Below are positions 1 to 11,173 of a DNA stretch of 61,021 nt, piece by piece; within the stretch, counting starts at the first letter, position 1, and the number at the start of each line of letters is the position of its first letter. The position numbers and the translations under genes were made by a program. The notes beneath the pieces are model-generated. The model saw nothing but the letters and a program-made list of their open reading frames with translations. It was not told the DNA's origin and searched no databases. The DNA comes from Candidatus Alectryobacillus sp. (GTDB taxonomy: Bacteria; Bacillota_I; Bacilli_A; RFN20; CAG-826): NCBI GenBank assembly GCA_036735985.1, contig DAINNH010000004.1:1-61021 (forward strand), written 5' to 3'.

Positions 1-39
1 TTTTGAGTCGAGTTCGTTTACCAATTTCGACACTGAGGC
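1..39 (-). tRNA. tRNA-Leu(CAA), 5' part only (runs off the window edge)
   Basis: Reverse complement reads GCCTCAG-TG-TCG-AAATTGGTAAA-CGA-A-CTCGA-CT-CAA-AA: acceptor strand, 3-bp D stem typical of class II Leu tRNA, anticodon CAA. Confidence 0.85.
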
Positions 40-50
40 ATAAATAATAG

Positions 51-85
51 AAGGTGATTAATTTCTTTGAAATCAATCACCTTTT
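51..85. terminator. Intrinsic terminator-like hairpin between malQ and tRNA-Leu
   Basis: AAGGTGATT(51-59)/AATCACCTT(75-83) with inner ATTTC/GAAAT stem. Confidence 0.6.
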
Positions 86-117
86 AATTATATCTAAATT
101 TTAATAATTATAAAGAA

Positions 118-1587
118 TTAATTATCACGATTACACTTTACAATCTTTTCTTTAAGCCATGGAACAAGTTTTTTAAACTCATCAAAGGAAACAAGTTTCC
201 ATTCCCAGTTTGGTGAACCAACAGTTGATGGTGTATTCATTTTCGCTGAGTCATCATAACTTAAGAAATCTTGCATTGGAATGATCGCAAAATCCGCACG
301 ATTATCGAAAGCTAAATTAACAAAATCTTTGGCAATGTCACTATCGTGGTAGCCTAAGCGAGCTAACTTATTAACAAGTTTATCATAATCAGGTTTTTTA
401 AGAGTTTTCACCCAACCATTAATCATTTCATTATCATGGGTTCCAGTATAACAAATTTGATTGTTAATATCTTTTACGCCATATTCTTGTTTATTATAGT
501 CAAAAGTAAATTGAAGAACGTTCATGCCTGGAAGATTGTAGTGATCACGTAGTTTTAGGACACTTGGGAAAAGATCACCTAAGTCCTCAGCCACAATATT
601 AATATGTGGATACGCGCGATATAATTCGTCAAATAAAGCATAGCCGGGAGCTGTTTTCCATTCACCTTCTACCGCTGTTGGACAAGATTCAGGAATCTTC
701 CAATAAGTATCGAAAGCTCTAAAGTGATCAATACGAATAATATCAAAAATCTTACTTGAAAAACCTAAACGGTCTATCCAGAAGAAGAAATTTTCTTTTT
801 GAATTTGTTCCCAATTATAAATCGGATTACCCCATCTTTGACCAGTTTTGGAGAAATAATCTGGTGGAACACCAGCAACAAATGCGGCAGTGCCATCTAA
901 TTGAAGTAAGAAGTCTTGTTGATTTTCCCAAACATCTAATGAATCAAGTCCGACATAGAATGGAACGTCGCCCATAATCATAATGCCCATCTTAATCGCA
1001 TATTCATGAAGAGCCGCCCATTGTTTAAAAACAACGTATTGAATCCACTTTTCATAATTAATCTTATCAAGGTATGGAGTTAAATCAAGTTTATGATCCT
1101 TGATATAGTTTTTCATATCTTCACGCCAATAACACCACATTTGGTTATCGTTTTCTTTTTTAAATGTGACATAAAGAGCATATTCATTAACCCATGAATT
1201 ATCTTTAACAAATTGATCGAATTCCTTAAAGTCTTTTCTATTGATGAAATTAGCATAAGCTTCTTTTAAATATTCTTCTTTAAAAGCTCGGACTTCTTGA
1301 TACATTGTAACCGTAGAATTCTTATTAAATTCTTTGATTTCATTTAATAAACCTTCTTGTTTTAACATATCAAGAGAAATGTATAGCTCATCCATTGCCT
1401 TGGATGAATATGGTTGATATGGTGAATTGCCAAATCCTAATGGATTAAGTGGTAAAATTTGCCATACCTTAATTTTAGATTCCTTTAAGATATCAATAAA
1501 CTCATAAGCATGAGGACCAAAATCACCAATACCTTGTTCACTTGGTAAGGATGAAATCGCTAATAAAACACCTGCAATTCTTCTCAT
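118..1587 (-). CDS. malQ: 4-alpha-glucanotransferase (amylomaltase, GH77)
   Basis: Motifs WQILPLNP, SPYQPYSS, GDVPFYV, GVPPDYFS.TGQRWGNP, RIDHFRAF, AEDLG, YTGTHDN. Start moved to ATG 1587 (MRRIAGV) because of SD AAGGAG. Confidence 0.95.
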   Translation of the reverse strand: MRRIAGVLLAISSLPSEQGIGDFGPHAYEFIDILKESKIKVWQILPLNPLGFGNSPYQPYSSKAMDELYISLDMLKQEGLLNEIKEFNKNSTVTMYQEVRAFKEEYLKEAYANFINRKDFKEFDQFVKDNSWVNEYALYVTFKKENDNQMWCYWREDMKNYIKDHKLDLTPYLDKINYEKWIQYVVFKQWAALHEYAIKMGIMIMGDVPFYVGLDSLDVWENQQDFLLQLDGTAAFVAGVPPDYFSKTGQRWGNPIYNWEQIQKENFFFWIDRLGFSSKIFDIIRIDHFRAFDTYWKIPESCPTAVEGEWKTAPGYALFDELYRAYPHINIVAEDLGDLFPSVLKLRDHYNLPGMNVLQFTFDYNKQEYGVKDINNQICYTGTHDNEMINGWVKTLKKPDYDKLVNKLARLGYHDSDIAKDFVNLAFDNRADFAIIPMQDFLSYDDSAKMNTPSTVGSPNWEWKLVSFDEFKKLVPWLKEKIVKCNRDN

Positions 1588-1671
1588 AACTTTCTCCTTT
1601 TTAACTATATAAATTCTACCATAGAAATACAAATATACTAGTCTAAACCAGAGTTTCAAATATATTAGAAT

Positions 1672-1696
1672 AAAGGCGTTTTTCAACGCCTTTTTC
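1672..1696. terminator. Intrinsic terminator after pullulanase
   Basis: AAAGGCGTT-tttc-AACGCCTTT perfect 9-bp stem with T-rich flanks. Confidence 0.75.
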
Positions 1697-1719
1697 CCAA
1701 ATACATTAATTTAGTAGAC

Positions 1720-4485
1720 TTATTTAATAGCAACAATCGTCTGGAAGGCGTTTAATTTAGTCGCACTTGATAAGGTTGCATAAATACCTAAAGTATCAAC
1801 TAAAACACTATATCCGCTAAAATCAATACTTCCTAAAGTACTAGATTTATAGCCATTAGCATGCGCGACTTTAATACTGCTATTATTAATCGTAAATGAA
1901 TAGGAAATATAATTACTATCTTCACCCACTTCAAATTTAATATTGGTACATTCAGCATTACTTAATGAGAAATATTTTGATTTAGTTTTGAGTTGGATTA
2001 AAGCACGATAGTTATTAAATAAACTTTGATGTTGTTCTTTTAAAGAATAATCTAAGGTGTTAATTTCATAAGAAGAGGAATATGAATTGCTAATACCTTG
2101 TTTGCTACGAAGGAATTCTTCGCCAGCTAACATAAAGCTTGTACCTTGAGATGTAAAGACAACGGCATTAGCTAATTGATTCATTTGTTCAATTTGATTA
2201 TCAGCTCTAATACCAGCAGCTTTAAAACGATCATATAAGGTATAGTTATCGTGACAAGTAACATAGTTAATGCACTTTTCGGATTCATAAACGGTGCTTG
2301 AACTAAAGACTTTTCCAGCAATTCCGGATTGAATATCACCAAGACTTGATGGGTAATCAGTTTCATCAATCCAGCCTTTTTCAGTTGAATCAGATAAACC
2401 ACCTTTAATTAAAGCATCTCTCATCTTATCGTTAAAAGAACCAAAACCTTCATATTTATTAATACTGGATTGAGCAGCACTTATTGTTTTTAAAGCACTA
2501 TCTCCGCCTGTCCATGGTTCACCATAAACACGCACAAATGGCGAAACGTTATCATGTAAGTTGGCTGTTAATTGATTCATGGTTTCAAGATCATGTAAGC
2601 CCATTAAATCGAATCTAAAGCCACCTAATTTATATTCGCTTGCCCAGAACTGTGTGGATTCAATCATGAATTTACGGAACATTGGTCTTTCACTGGCTGT
2701 TTCATTACCACAACCGGACCCATTGCTTGGGCCAACGGAAGTATAACGGAAATAATAATGAGGCATTAAGACATCAAAATTACATCCTGTTAAACCAGAA
2801 ACGTGATTATAAACCACATCCATAATAATATTAATTCCACTATTTACATAATCTTTAACAAGTGATTTAAATTCACGAATTTTAGTATAGCCATCGTAAG
2901 GATTAGCTGAATAAATGCCATCAAGAGCATTATAATTTAATGGATTATAACCCCAGTTAAATTCACGTTTAGTTCCATCCGTGCGATCAGCATCTGGAAG
3001 TTCATTATTAGCTTGATCAAAGATTGGAATAATTTGAACTGCATTAACATTTAAATCTTTAATATGATCAAAGCCGGTTGTAACTTGATGATATTTGGTG
3101 CCACTTTGATGGAAGCCTTCATAAAGTTTAGCATTTTGAGCTGTTCCACCCCAGGTTGACGAAGAAGTTAAATCCGCAATATGGGTTTCATAAACAACCA
3201 AATCACTTGGATTATATTCATTAATCTTAACTTCATCCCATCCGGTTGGATTAGTTTTGCTAAAATCAACAATCATACCACGTAAACCATCGATACCTGT
3301 AGATTTAGCATACGGATCAACAATTTCTTGATTTTCAAAACTCGAATTAGTAACAACATAAGTATAATATTTTCCAGCTAAATCGCCTTCAACAGTTGTT
3401 GAGAAGACTCCAAAATCACCTAAGGTCATATCATACTCTTTATAAGTATCATCGCCTTTAGTAGCACTAACAGCTACTGGGGTACCGTTATCATAAATTC
3501 TTAATTTAATGATACTCGAAACTGGTGACCAGACTCTAAAGGTGGTATTATCAACCGTATAAGAAGCTCCTAATTCACCATTATAATTGTAAGTAGCATT
3601 GAATTCGGCCGTATTAAATATTGCGCCATTATCGCAGGTTTTAGTTAATGTAGCTCCTGAAACTTGGAAAGTAATGTCAAGAGTGAAGACATCTTTAACA
3701 TCAGTTTTAGTTTTATCAATTAAATATACTAATTTAGTATTGCTTAAAGATAAAATATTCGCATCTGTTGAAGAAAGAGTGCTTGATTCAAGGAAAATAC
3801 TACCATTTTTAAAGATTGTAAACTTACTATATGGTTTATTCGTTAAGAAATAAATCTTTAATTGATCAAGAACATCATTATAAGTTAACATGAAATCTTT
3901 AACGATATCATTAACCTTGCCATCTGCTGAAACATAGATTGTTTTATCATTTGTTTTTAAATAAATATGATAATATTTGGCTTCATTTGGGGTATAGTCT
4001 TTTATAGTTATCGTACGATCACCATCTGGATCTTTATTAACATTATTCCAACCTGGACCATCTTTAACAATAAAAGAGACATCAACTGGGGTGCCAGCAG
4101 AAGTAAAATCTTTCCAACTATATTTAGCATAGGCTCCATAATCATCTAAGCCATTAAATTTATAATCAGCTCCATCTTTACCAGTCGCCCAAAGCCACAA
4201 ATAGTATTTATTATAATCGGCTCCTTTCTTTTCAAAGTGGAAAACAAAACCACCCGCAGGATCATCTGGTAAACTCGTTGTTTCAAGTCCACCTTGAGAT
4301 GTTTCTTCACTTGAGGTAGTTGTTTCTTCACTTGAGGTAGTTGTTTCTTCATTTGTTGTCTCGCTGGAAGTTTTACCTTCATCACTAGTGTCGCTACGAC
4401 TACTAGTCGATGAATCAACTCCACAGGATGTTAGAGCTAAAGCTAAAGTTAATAAAATAGTTTTAGCAAGTAATTTAATTCTCAT
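1720..4485 (-). CDS. pulA: Type I pullulanase (GH13), lipoprotein with N-terminal CBM41-like module
   Basis: Lipobox LALTSC, S/T-rich linker, CBM41-like YLWLW..G..F...DDYG, FRVWSP, IVDPYA, FNWGYNP, DVVYNH, GFRFDLMG, YGEPW, CHDN (catalytic D/E/D intact). Confidence 0.92.
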   Translation of the reverse strand: MRIKLLAKTILLTLALALTSCGVDSSTSSRSDTSDEGKTSSETTNEETTTSSEETTTSSEETSQGGLETTSLPDDPAGGFVFHFEKKGADYNKYYLWLWATGKDGADYKFNGLDDYGAYAKYSWKDFTSAGTPVDVSFIVKDGPGWNNVNKDPDGDRTITIKDYTPNEAKYYHIYLKTNDKTIYVSADGKVNDIVKDFMLTYNDVLDQLKIYFLTNKPYSKFTIFKNGSIFLESSTLSSTDANILSLSNTKLVYLIDKTKTDVKDVFTLDITFQVSGATLTKTCDNGAIFNTAEFNATYNYNGELGASYTVDNTTFRVWSPVSSIIKLRIYDNGTPVAVSATKGDDTYKEYDMTLGDFGVFSTTVEGDLAGKYYTYVVTNSSFENQEIVDPYAKSTGIDGLRGMIVDFSKTNPTGWDEVKINEYNPSDLVVYETHIADLTSSSTWGGTAQNAKLYEGFHQSGTKYHQVTTGFDHIKDLNVNAVQIIPIFDQANNELPDADRTDGTKREFNWGYNPLNYNALDGIYSANPYDGYTKIREFKSLVKDYVNSGINIIMDVVYNHVSGLTGCNFDVLMPHYYFRYTSVGPSNGSGCGNETASERPMFRKFMIESTQFWASEYKLGGFRFDLMGLHDLETMNQLTANLHDNVSPFVRVYGEPWTGGDSALKTISAAQSSINKYEGFGSFNDKMRDALIKGGLSDSTEKGWIDETDYPSSLGDIQSGIAGKVFSSSTVYESEKCINYVTCHDNYTLYDRFKAAGIRADNQIEQMNQLANAVVFTSQGTSFMLAGEEFLRSKQGISNSYSSSYEINTLDYSLKEQHQSLFNNYRALIQLKTKSKYFSLSNAECTNIKFEVGEDSNYISYSFTINNSSIKVAHANGYKSSTLGSIDFSGYSVLVDTLGIYATLSSATKLNAFQTIVAIK
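4301..4351. repeat. 21-bp tandem repeat (2.4 copies) encoding TTTSSEE linker of pullulanase
   Basis: GTTTCTTCACTTGAGGTAGTT at 4301-4321 and 4322-4342, partial third copy 4343-4351; in frame. Confidence 0.9.
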
Positions 4486-5234
4486 TTTAATTCCTCCAAT
4501 TTATTAAAATTTGTAGTGTAATCACCCGAAATCGACGTTTCGACACGTGTTTTCGCGGTGAGATTATTTGTAATTGAAAAAAGTGATAAAATCATTCCAT
4601 CTTTATTCACGCTAAATTGGTGTTTACCACTTATTTCGTTACCATCTTTATCCGTACCCCCAAAATTCACTTTATATGTTAGGATATCTTTTGTTTCATT
4701 AAGTGAGAAAAACGAATAATATTTGGCGCAATTTGCAATAATATAGTCACCATAATACGCCCCGCCACTATGATAACCCGATTCAAGTTTAATATAAAAC
4801 ACATTATTAATGGAGGTTTTAACATCGCTATCCAAATACTTTAAATCTGTTAAAGTACTATCCGTCTTTTTCATAGAATAAACACTATTATCACTTTTTA
4901 TGTACGTTAAAATTTCTTCTTGATGATAATTATATTGCCCATCTTTAGTACCATAATAAGTTCCCTCAACTTGGGTAATAGAATAGAAATACATTAAATC
5001 TTCTTTATTAAAGTAATTAGTGACACTTATTTTTCCTTCTAAATTATCATTTGAATAATAAGAGGAAGTAATATTTGTTGTCCCCATTACGACATTTTTA
5101 GCACTTGTATCATAACTAATGGCATCAACAAAATCTTTAATATCTCCTTCAGGGATCTTCTCACCACACGAGGTAAGAAGTCCACAAGATATTAAAGATA
5201 ATGTTAAAATCTTTAAAATATGTGAACTAGGCAT
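4482..5234 (-). CDS. Hypothetical lipoprotein (250 aa)
   Basis: Lipobox LLTSC after start MPSSHILK (ATG 5234, overlapping the upstream stop); its TGA overlaps the pulA ATG. No recognisable family. Confidence 0.8.
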   Translation of the reverse strand: MPSSHILKILTLSLISCGLLTSCGEKIPEGDIKDFVDAISYDTSAKNVVMGTTNITSSYYSNDNLEGKISVTNYFNKEDLMYFYSITQVEGTYYGTKDGQYNYHQEEILTYIKSDNSVYSMKKTDSTLTDLKYLDSDVKTSINNVFYIKLESGYHSGGAYYGDYIIANCAKYYSFFSLNETKDILTYKVNFGGTDKDGNEISGKHQFSVNKDGMILSLFSITNNLTAKTRVETSISGDYTTNFNKLEELK

Positions 5235-5901
5235 TATAGGTATACTTTGCTCCACCATAGATTGATTCACTATCTGGATCACTATGGGCATTAATTGTGG
5301 CAAAGCTTTCTTCAATTAAAAGACCGTATTTATCATAAGTAGCGGAACAATTCCATTTTCCGTGACCTTCCATATCCACTGGTCGATACATTTTTAAAAT
5401 CTTATTGGCGGCAAAGGAACGAATTGTAAAGCCGCCATCACTATTTAAGTAATAGTAAACTTTATCAATGCCATCTTTACGAATAAAGGCCGCTTCAAGA
5501 CGATATTTAGTAGCTAAAGTTAAGCCTTGAGTATCAATCGATGAGGAATTCCAATTCGCCGTTGTTAAATGTAATGGTAATCTTAAATAAAATGAAGAAT
5601 TGGATTTTGAAAATTCGCTTGGTGAGTCATTAAAAGCTTTAGGAGTACCTTTTGCGACCGTATCAACTGAAGTTTCAAACTTACCATCTTCATTGGCCAT
5701 AGCATAAAAATTAATGCTGCCTTTTACATCATAGGTCGATGGAATATAGGTTCCATCTAATTTTTGGATGACTTTAGCGGCAAAAGTATCGCCAACTGTT
5801 TCTTCATATCCAGGTAATGGGTTCTTACCATCAATTCCACAACTGACTAACGCCATCATTACAGCACTAAGCAGTAAGAAACGCCCTCCTATTTTTTTCA
5901 T
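5227..5901 (-). CDS. Hypothetical lipoprotein (224 aa)
   Basis: SD AAGGAGGA, signal peptide with lipobox ALVSC; no recognisable family. Confidence 0.82.
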   Translation of the reverse strand: MKKIGGRFLLLSAVMMALVSCGIDGKNPLPGYEETVGDTFAAKVIQKLDGTYIPSTYDVKGSINFYAMANEDGKFETSVDTVAKGTPKAFNDSPSEFSKSNSSFYLRLPLHLTTANWNSSSIDTQGLTLATKYRLEAAFIRKDGIDKVYYYLNSDGGFTIRSFAANKILKMYRPVDMEGHGKWNCSATYDKYGLLIEESFATINAHSDPDSESIYGGAKYTYNA

Positions 5902-5937
5902 ACACTTGTCCTCCTTAATAAATTAATGAATAAACGA

Positions 5938-8487
5938 CTAGTAAATCTTAATATCCATGCCTTTTTCAGTAATATGACATTTATTGATATCATAAGTAAC
6001 GAGAATTTTATCATCGACTTGAATACCATCAATGTTTTTAACTTCGACATAAATATTCTTAATTCCTTCGCCATCATCACATTCACAAAGGAGATATTTG
6101 TGAGTATCATAATCTAAAATTTGTTTAACTGTGGCTTCAAAACCTTCTTCTTGCGATAAGGTATAGCCATCGTGAGGAATCTCAACAAGATATTGTTTAG
6201 TAAAGACTTTAACGCCTAAACCTTGAATCATCTTATTAGAAATAGCATCACTCGAAAGAGTTACTAAATCTTTAATCTTAAAGAAGAAAATAATACCAGC
6301 ATGCATCTTTTCTTCATTAAAGGCTTTTAAAGTATCCTTATATTTTTGATTAAGTTCTTTCTTAATACGCTTAAATGGATAAGCTTTATCATTGCAAGTA
6401 GCCACCACATCGTTATATTTCTTATTAGCTGCTTCTTTATTACGTTTTAAGTTGCCTTTTAAGGAATTAACTTCGGTTTCAAAACGAATAGCTTCAAGAT
6501 TTAATCTCTTATCAAGTTCGTTATGTTTTTCGAGGTTAAAGTTCGAATTGAAATCATGGTGATCTTGAGCACGTTTACGATAAGCATCATGATCTTTATT
6601 AATAGCCTTAAAGTCCATAAAGGTCTTATTTTCTTCGTCTCTAATCTTGTTATAAGTTGTATTTACATCATTAATAATCTTTTCGTTATTATCTTTATGC
6701 TCTTCATTTAACTTTAATAAATTTTCTTTAAATTCAGCATTAAGTTGAGCCACTTCTTCGATCAAATTGGCTTTCGCTTCCATGATCACTGGCTTATTTT
6801 CTATAACGATAGGCGCACTATTAAACGTAGAATATTCCGTTTCTTTTGCTTTATATTCTTCAAGAATGCCTTGAAGAATAGGTGAATACTTAGCTTTAAC
6901 GTTATTTAAACGCTCTTCAAGAGTACTATTAAATTTATCACCAACATAAGATTTAGCAGTGGCATAGTTAAGGAACATCGCATTAAGACGATCATAAACT
7001 GGGATTGATTCTTTAACAACTTTAGCTCCACTAGTAAAGTTAAATTGAGTAAAGTCGAGTCCAAATTTTACTTTATTCCCAACTTTAATTTCACTATCAC
7101 TATGAGCAAAAAGTAAGACACCACTCACACTTAAATCAAGAAGGAAGTGGTCGCCCATCTTTTCACATTTCTTAACTTCCGCACTATATTCGCCACCATT
7201 AAGTAAGATTGAACTGGTTGGAACAAGAACATCATAACTACCCGATGTGACATCAATGGCGCTAGGAAGTTTAACTTCGAGACTGCCAATATGCATTAAA
7301 TGATCTTTAACTTCACTTACTACGAGATTTTCTTTTGGATCACGTGGCATAATAGAAACTTCGGATTGTTTATCAAACATATGGACTCTATTAAGGTTTA
7401 AAGCAGCTTTAACAACTTGGCCTTTCTCGATACCATAAGTATTTTTACCTTTAATAATAATACGGGTTGTAGTTTCACCAAAACCATCACCTTCCATATT
7501 AATATCACCATAAATAAGGGTTTCGTTACCAAGTTCCTCAAAGTGTGAAACTTTAACATCGATGGTCGTTGAACTATTTTTAACAATTTCAGGATCAACG
7601 CTGACATCTTCGCATCTTAAACCAACCCAAACAATGGTCTTATTATCAAAATAATGAGGTTGAACTTTATTTAAAGTTGCAAGTGGAAGTTTAACCGCTC
7701 CTTTACTCGAAATAAAGTTAATAGTCGCGACATCTTTATCCTTCGATAAAGTTGCTTCAAAGAAGTTCATTTGTGGAGTACCAATAAAGCCCGCAACGAA
7801 CTTATTATCTGGATAATCATACAAATTCTTAGGAGTATCAATTTGCATAATTTTTCCTAATTTCATAACAACAACACGAGTACCAAGAGTCATAGCTTCG
7901 ACTTGGTCGTGAGTAACATAAATAAAGGTTGTCCCTAATTGATCGTGAAGTTTAGCAATTTCACTACGCATTTGGGCACGTAATTTGGCATCAAGGTTAC
8001 TTAAAGGTTCATCAAGTAACATGACTTTCGGGTTACGTAAAATAGCTCGACCAAGAGCGACTCTTTGACGTTGACCACCGCTCATAGCACGTGGTTTACG
8101 ATCAAGATATTCCGTTAAGCCAAGGACGTCAGCCGCCCATAGAACTTTTTCGTGAATAACATCGTTTGGTACATGGCGTAATTTGAGACCAAACGCCATA
8201 TTTTCATAAACGGTCATATGAGGATAAAGAGCATAGTTTTGGAAAACCATGGCGATATCTCTCTCTTTAGGTTCAATATCATTCACGATACGATCCCCAA
8301 TATAGAGTTCACCTGCACTAATATCTTCAAGACCAGCAATCATTCTTAAAGTTGTTGATTTACCACATCCACTTGGACCAACAAAGACAATAAATTCCTT
8401 GTCCTTAATGTCCATTGTAAAGTCACTAACCGCTTTGGTACCATTTGGATAGACCTTATAAATGTGTTCTAAACGTAATCCTGCCAT
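5938..8487 (-). CDS. msmK: MsmK/MalK-type sugar ABC ATPase with very long C-terminal extension
   Basis: [62 protein letters not shown]; TOBE domain to about aa 383, then about 465 extra aa. Confidence 0.9.
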   Translation of the reverse strand: MAGLRLEHIYKVYPNGTKAVSDFTMDIKDKEFIVFVGPSGCGKSTTLRMIAGLEDISAGELYIGDRIVNDIEPKERDIAMVFQNYALYPHMTVYENMAFGLKLRHVPNDVIHEKVLWAADVLGLTEYLDRKPRAMSGGQRQRVALGRAILRNPKVMLLDEPLSNLDAKLRAQMRSEIAKLHDQLGTTFIYVTHDQVEAMTLGTRVVVMKLGKIMQIDTPKNLYDYPDNKFVAGFIGTPQMNFFEATLSKDKDVATINFISSKGAVKLPLATLNKVQPHYFDNKTIVWVGLRCEDVSVDPEIVKNSSTTIDVKVSHFEELGNETLIYGDINMEGDGFGETTTRIIIKGKNTYGIEKGQVVKAALNLNRVHMFDKQSEVSIMPRDPKENLVVSEVKDHLMHIGSLEVKLPSAIDVTSGSYDVLVPTSSILLNGGEYSAEVKKCEKMGDHFLLDLSVSGVLLFAHSDSEIKVGNKVKFGLDFTQFNFTSGAKVVKESIPVYDRLNAMFLNYATAKSYVGDKFNSTLEERLNNVKAKYSPILQGILEEYKAKETEYSTFNSAPIVIENKPVIMEAKANLIEEVAQLNAEFKENLLKLNEEHKDNNEKIINDVNTTYNKIRDEENKTFMDFKAINKDHDAYRKRAQDHHDFNSNFNLEKHNELDKRLNLEAIRFETEVNSLKGNLKRNKEAANKKYNDVVATCNDKAYPFKRIKKELNQKYKDTLKAFNEEKMHAGIIFFFKIKDLVTLSSDAISNKMIQGLGVKVFTKQYLVEIPHDGYTLSQEEGFEATVKQILDYDTHKYLLCECDDGEGIKNIYVEVKNIDGIQVDDKILVTYDINKCHITEKGMDIKIY

Positions 8488-8504
8488 AATAAATTCCTCC
8501 TAAA

Positions 8505-10193
8505 TTACTTTAATATAGCAATTGAGTATGGGGGCATATGTAAGCTCCCATCACTATTTAAACTAAGATAACCTAATGTTTTATCAGCCACTAACTGGCC
8601 GACAACATTCTTGAAGCCCTTCGAGATAAATTCAACGTCTTGATAAGTGTCACTTGAACAATTATAGACGATGCCAAGGGCATCTTCGCCATCACCTTTC
8701 TTAACAAACAACTCACAACTTGGATCACGGACAATTTCAACTAACGTCGTATTGCCATGGGAAATTAGTGGGAATCTATTACGAAGATAAAGAGCTTTCT
8801 TATAATAAGATAGTATCGAATTATCATCACTAAGCTGTTCTTTCACACTTGGATAATAATAATGAGAAGTTGTAATGCCATCTGGTGAACGGGCGTTTCC
8901 AAGATTTTTATCTTCGCCCCATTGCATCGCAAGACGGACATTTTCATCTGGCTCTTCCCCAGCGTTTGTGCCAGTCATTCCAACTTCGTCCCCATAATAG
9001 GTGAAGGTTGAACCTTTAAACATCGAAAGGCAACCATATTGGAATTTAGATTTAGCAACTAGTTTTGGAAGAGTGGTAGTAAAGCGTGGAGTATCATGAT
9101 TATCGATGAAGGGAGCGCTAATGCCGCTTCCAAGCGATATTTCATCATTCGCTAGCATTAAATTATAATAAGATTTAATACCGCGACCATATGGAGATGT
9201 TACTCCAATGATTCCACTTGAATTCGTAACACTGGTATCGAAATTAAAGAACGAATCAATGCCACTTTCATAATAAGATTTAATTGTCGAAGTTCCACTC
9301 CAGCATTCACCAACTATGTAAGCCTCTGGATTAATCGATTTAACATATTCATTTAATTCCTTAAGATAAGCGATGTTTTTGCTATCTTGGCTTAAATAAT
9401 AGTATTTGACGGCATCAAGGCGGAACCCATCTATTCCACGATCGAGATAGAATTTCATAATATTGCGAAATTCAGCTCTCACGTATTGACTATCGAAATT
9501 GAATTCAGGCATTTTTGCGAAGTTGTCTTCCACATAGAAGGTATGATTCGCAACCTGATAAGCCGGACTTTCAAGATATCCAGGAATAGCTTCTTTCGTA
9601 TCATAAAAGGAATAAAAATCTTTAAATTTTTCTTCTTCACTAGTCAACGTTTCACCATCAAGCCACTTTTGATGAGCTAAGACAGCTTTAGTATAATAAG
9701 GATGAGATAATGAAGAATGATTTAGAACTAAATCCAGAATTAACTTAATGCCTCGAGCGTGACACTCTTTAATAAGATTATCTAAATCTTCTAAAGTGCC
9801 GTAGCTTTTATCAACATTGTAGTAATCAAGAATATCGTATTTATGATAAGAATTAGAAGTATTAATTGGCATGAGCCAAATTCCATTACAACCGAGATTT
9901 TTAATATAATCCAGTTTTAGTGTAACTCCGTTTAAATCGCCAATTTTATCAGCGTTGCTATCATAAAAACTTCGAACAAATATTTCATAATAATTACGAT
10001 AGTTATCGCTTGGCGTTGAAGGAGTAATAATCTCTTCAGTAATTTCCGAATTAGTTAGACTCGTTGAAGTATCACTAGTTGTATCAGTTGTTGTAGATTC
10101 TTTGCTACTATCTAATGAATTTTCTCCGCACGAGACAATGACTAACGAGGATAATAATGGAACAATAATACCTAGATATTTTTTAATCTTCAT
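8505..10193 (-). CDS. GH13 alpha-amylase family lipoprotein
   Basis: Lipobox VIVSC, S/T linker, YEIFVRSF.D, GIWLMPI, YHKYD, DLVLNH, GFRLDAVK, GECW, NHD. Confidence 0.9.
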   Translation of the reverse strand: MKIKKYLGIIVPLLSSLVIVSCGENSLDSSKESTTTDTTSDTSTSLTNSEITEEIITPSTPSDNYRNYYEIFVRSFYDSNADKIGDLNGVTLKLDYIKNLGCNGIWLMPINTSNSYHKYDILDYYNVDKSYGTLEDLDNLIKECHARGIKLILDLVLNHSSLSHPYYTKAVLAHQKWLDGETLTSEEEKFKDFYSFYDTKEAIPGYLESPAYQVANHTFYVEDNFAKMPEFNFDSQYVRAEFRNIMKFYLDRGIDGFRLDAVKYYYLSQDSKNIAYLKELNEYVKSINPEAYIVGECWSGTSTIKSYYESGIDSFFNFDTSVTNSSGIIGVTSPYGRGIKSYYNLMLANDEISLGSGISAPFIDNHDTPRFTTTLPKLVAKSKFQYGCLSMFKGSTFTYYGDEVGMTGTNAGEEPDENVRLAMQWGEDKNLGNARSPDGITTSHYYYPSVKEQLSDDNSILSYYKKALYLRNRFPLISHGNTTLVEIVRDPSCELFVKKGDGEDALGIVYNCSSDTYQDVEFISKGFKNVVGQLVADKTLGYLSLNSDGSLHMPPYSIAILK

Positions 10194-10196
10194 AAA

Positions 10197-11171
10197 CTAA
10201 CCTTTAACAGCACCACCAGTGACACCTTCAACATAGTATTTTTGTAACCAGAAGAAGAGAGCCATAATTGGGATTGAAACAAACACGCCAGCTGCACAGA
10301 AGACAGGGAAATATTTTTGACCATTTTCCTTAGTCATCATTTGTTGAAGGCCAACAGCAACGTTAAAGAGATCAGCATGACCTTGAGCAAGATAACTAGC
10401 GAGCATATAGTCGCCCCATGGGCCGACAAAGGCAAGTAAAATTGTATAAACGACAATTGGCTTAGAAAGTGGCATAATAACATGCCAGAAAATGGTATGT
10501 TTATTAGCGCCATCAATCATTGCGGCTTCATCTAGCGAATGGGAAATTGTATCGAAGAAGCCTTTAGCAATATAGTAGTTCATGGCTGAACCACCAATAT
10601 AAACAAGAATAAGACCAAAGACACCAGCATAACCTTGAGTTAAACCAAGCATCTTTAAAATGAAGTAAACAACGACCATTCCAAGGAAACCAGGGAACAT
10701 GCCGATAATAAGAATTAACTTCATATAATTACGTCTTGTTTTAAATCTTAAACGGGAGAAAGCATAAGCAGTCATAAGAGTTAAGACTGTTTGTAATATA
10801 GAAGTAACTAAAGCAATTACAAATGTATTAAGGAACCATCTCCAGAATGGATAAACTGTATCTGTAAATAAAGAAATGTAATTATTAAATGTCCAAACTT
10901 CTGGAATAAAAATAGCAGCTTGATAAGTTGTCGCAAAGGATTGGACAAGTAAATATAAGAATGGTAATAACCAAATAATAGATAAAACAACTAAGAAAAT
11001 ATAGGTAATAGTTTTTGAAATACCACTACGAATACGACGACGAGTACCTAAACGGGATTGTTCAGCGAAAGCTGAAGTATTCACGTTATCAGTCCCATGC
11101 GATCTTTGCATAATACGAGAGGTAATTTCTTCAGGAGAAGAACAAGCCAATTCTTTTTCATTAATACGCAT
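10197..11171 (-). CDS. malG: Maltodextrin ABC transporter permease (MalG/MalD-like)
   Basis: Six hydrophobic segments, EAA motif SLDEAAMIDGA, ends LQKYYVEGVTGGAVKG. Confidence 0.9.
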   Translation of the reverse strand: MRINEKELACSSPEEITSRIMQRSHGTDNVNTSAFAEQSRLGTRRRIRSGISKTITYIFLVVLSIIWLLPFLYLLVQSFATTYQAAIFIPEVWTFNNYISLFTDTVYPFWRWFLNTFVIALVTSILQTVLTLMTAYAFSRLRFKTRRNYMKLILIIGMFPGFLGMVVVYFILKMLGLTQGYAGVFGLILVYIGGSAMNYYIAKGFFDTISHSLDEAAMIDGANKHTIFWHVIMPLSKPIVVYTILLAFVGPWGDYMLASYLAQGHADLFNVAVGLQQMMTKENGQKYFPVFCAAGVFVSIPIMALFFWLQKYYVEGVTGGAVKG

Positions 11172-11173
11172 AA

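Noticed and set aside
4301-4351. 21-bp repeat as CRISPR or phase-variation element
   Set aside because: In frame, no spacers, no cas genes; simple linker-length expansion.
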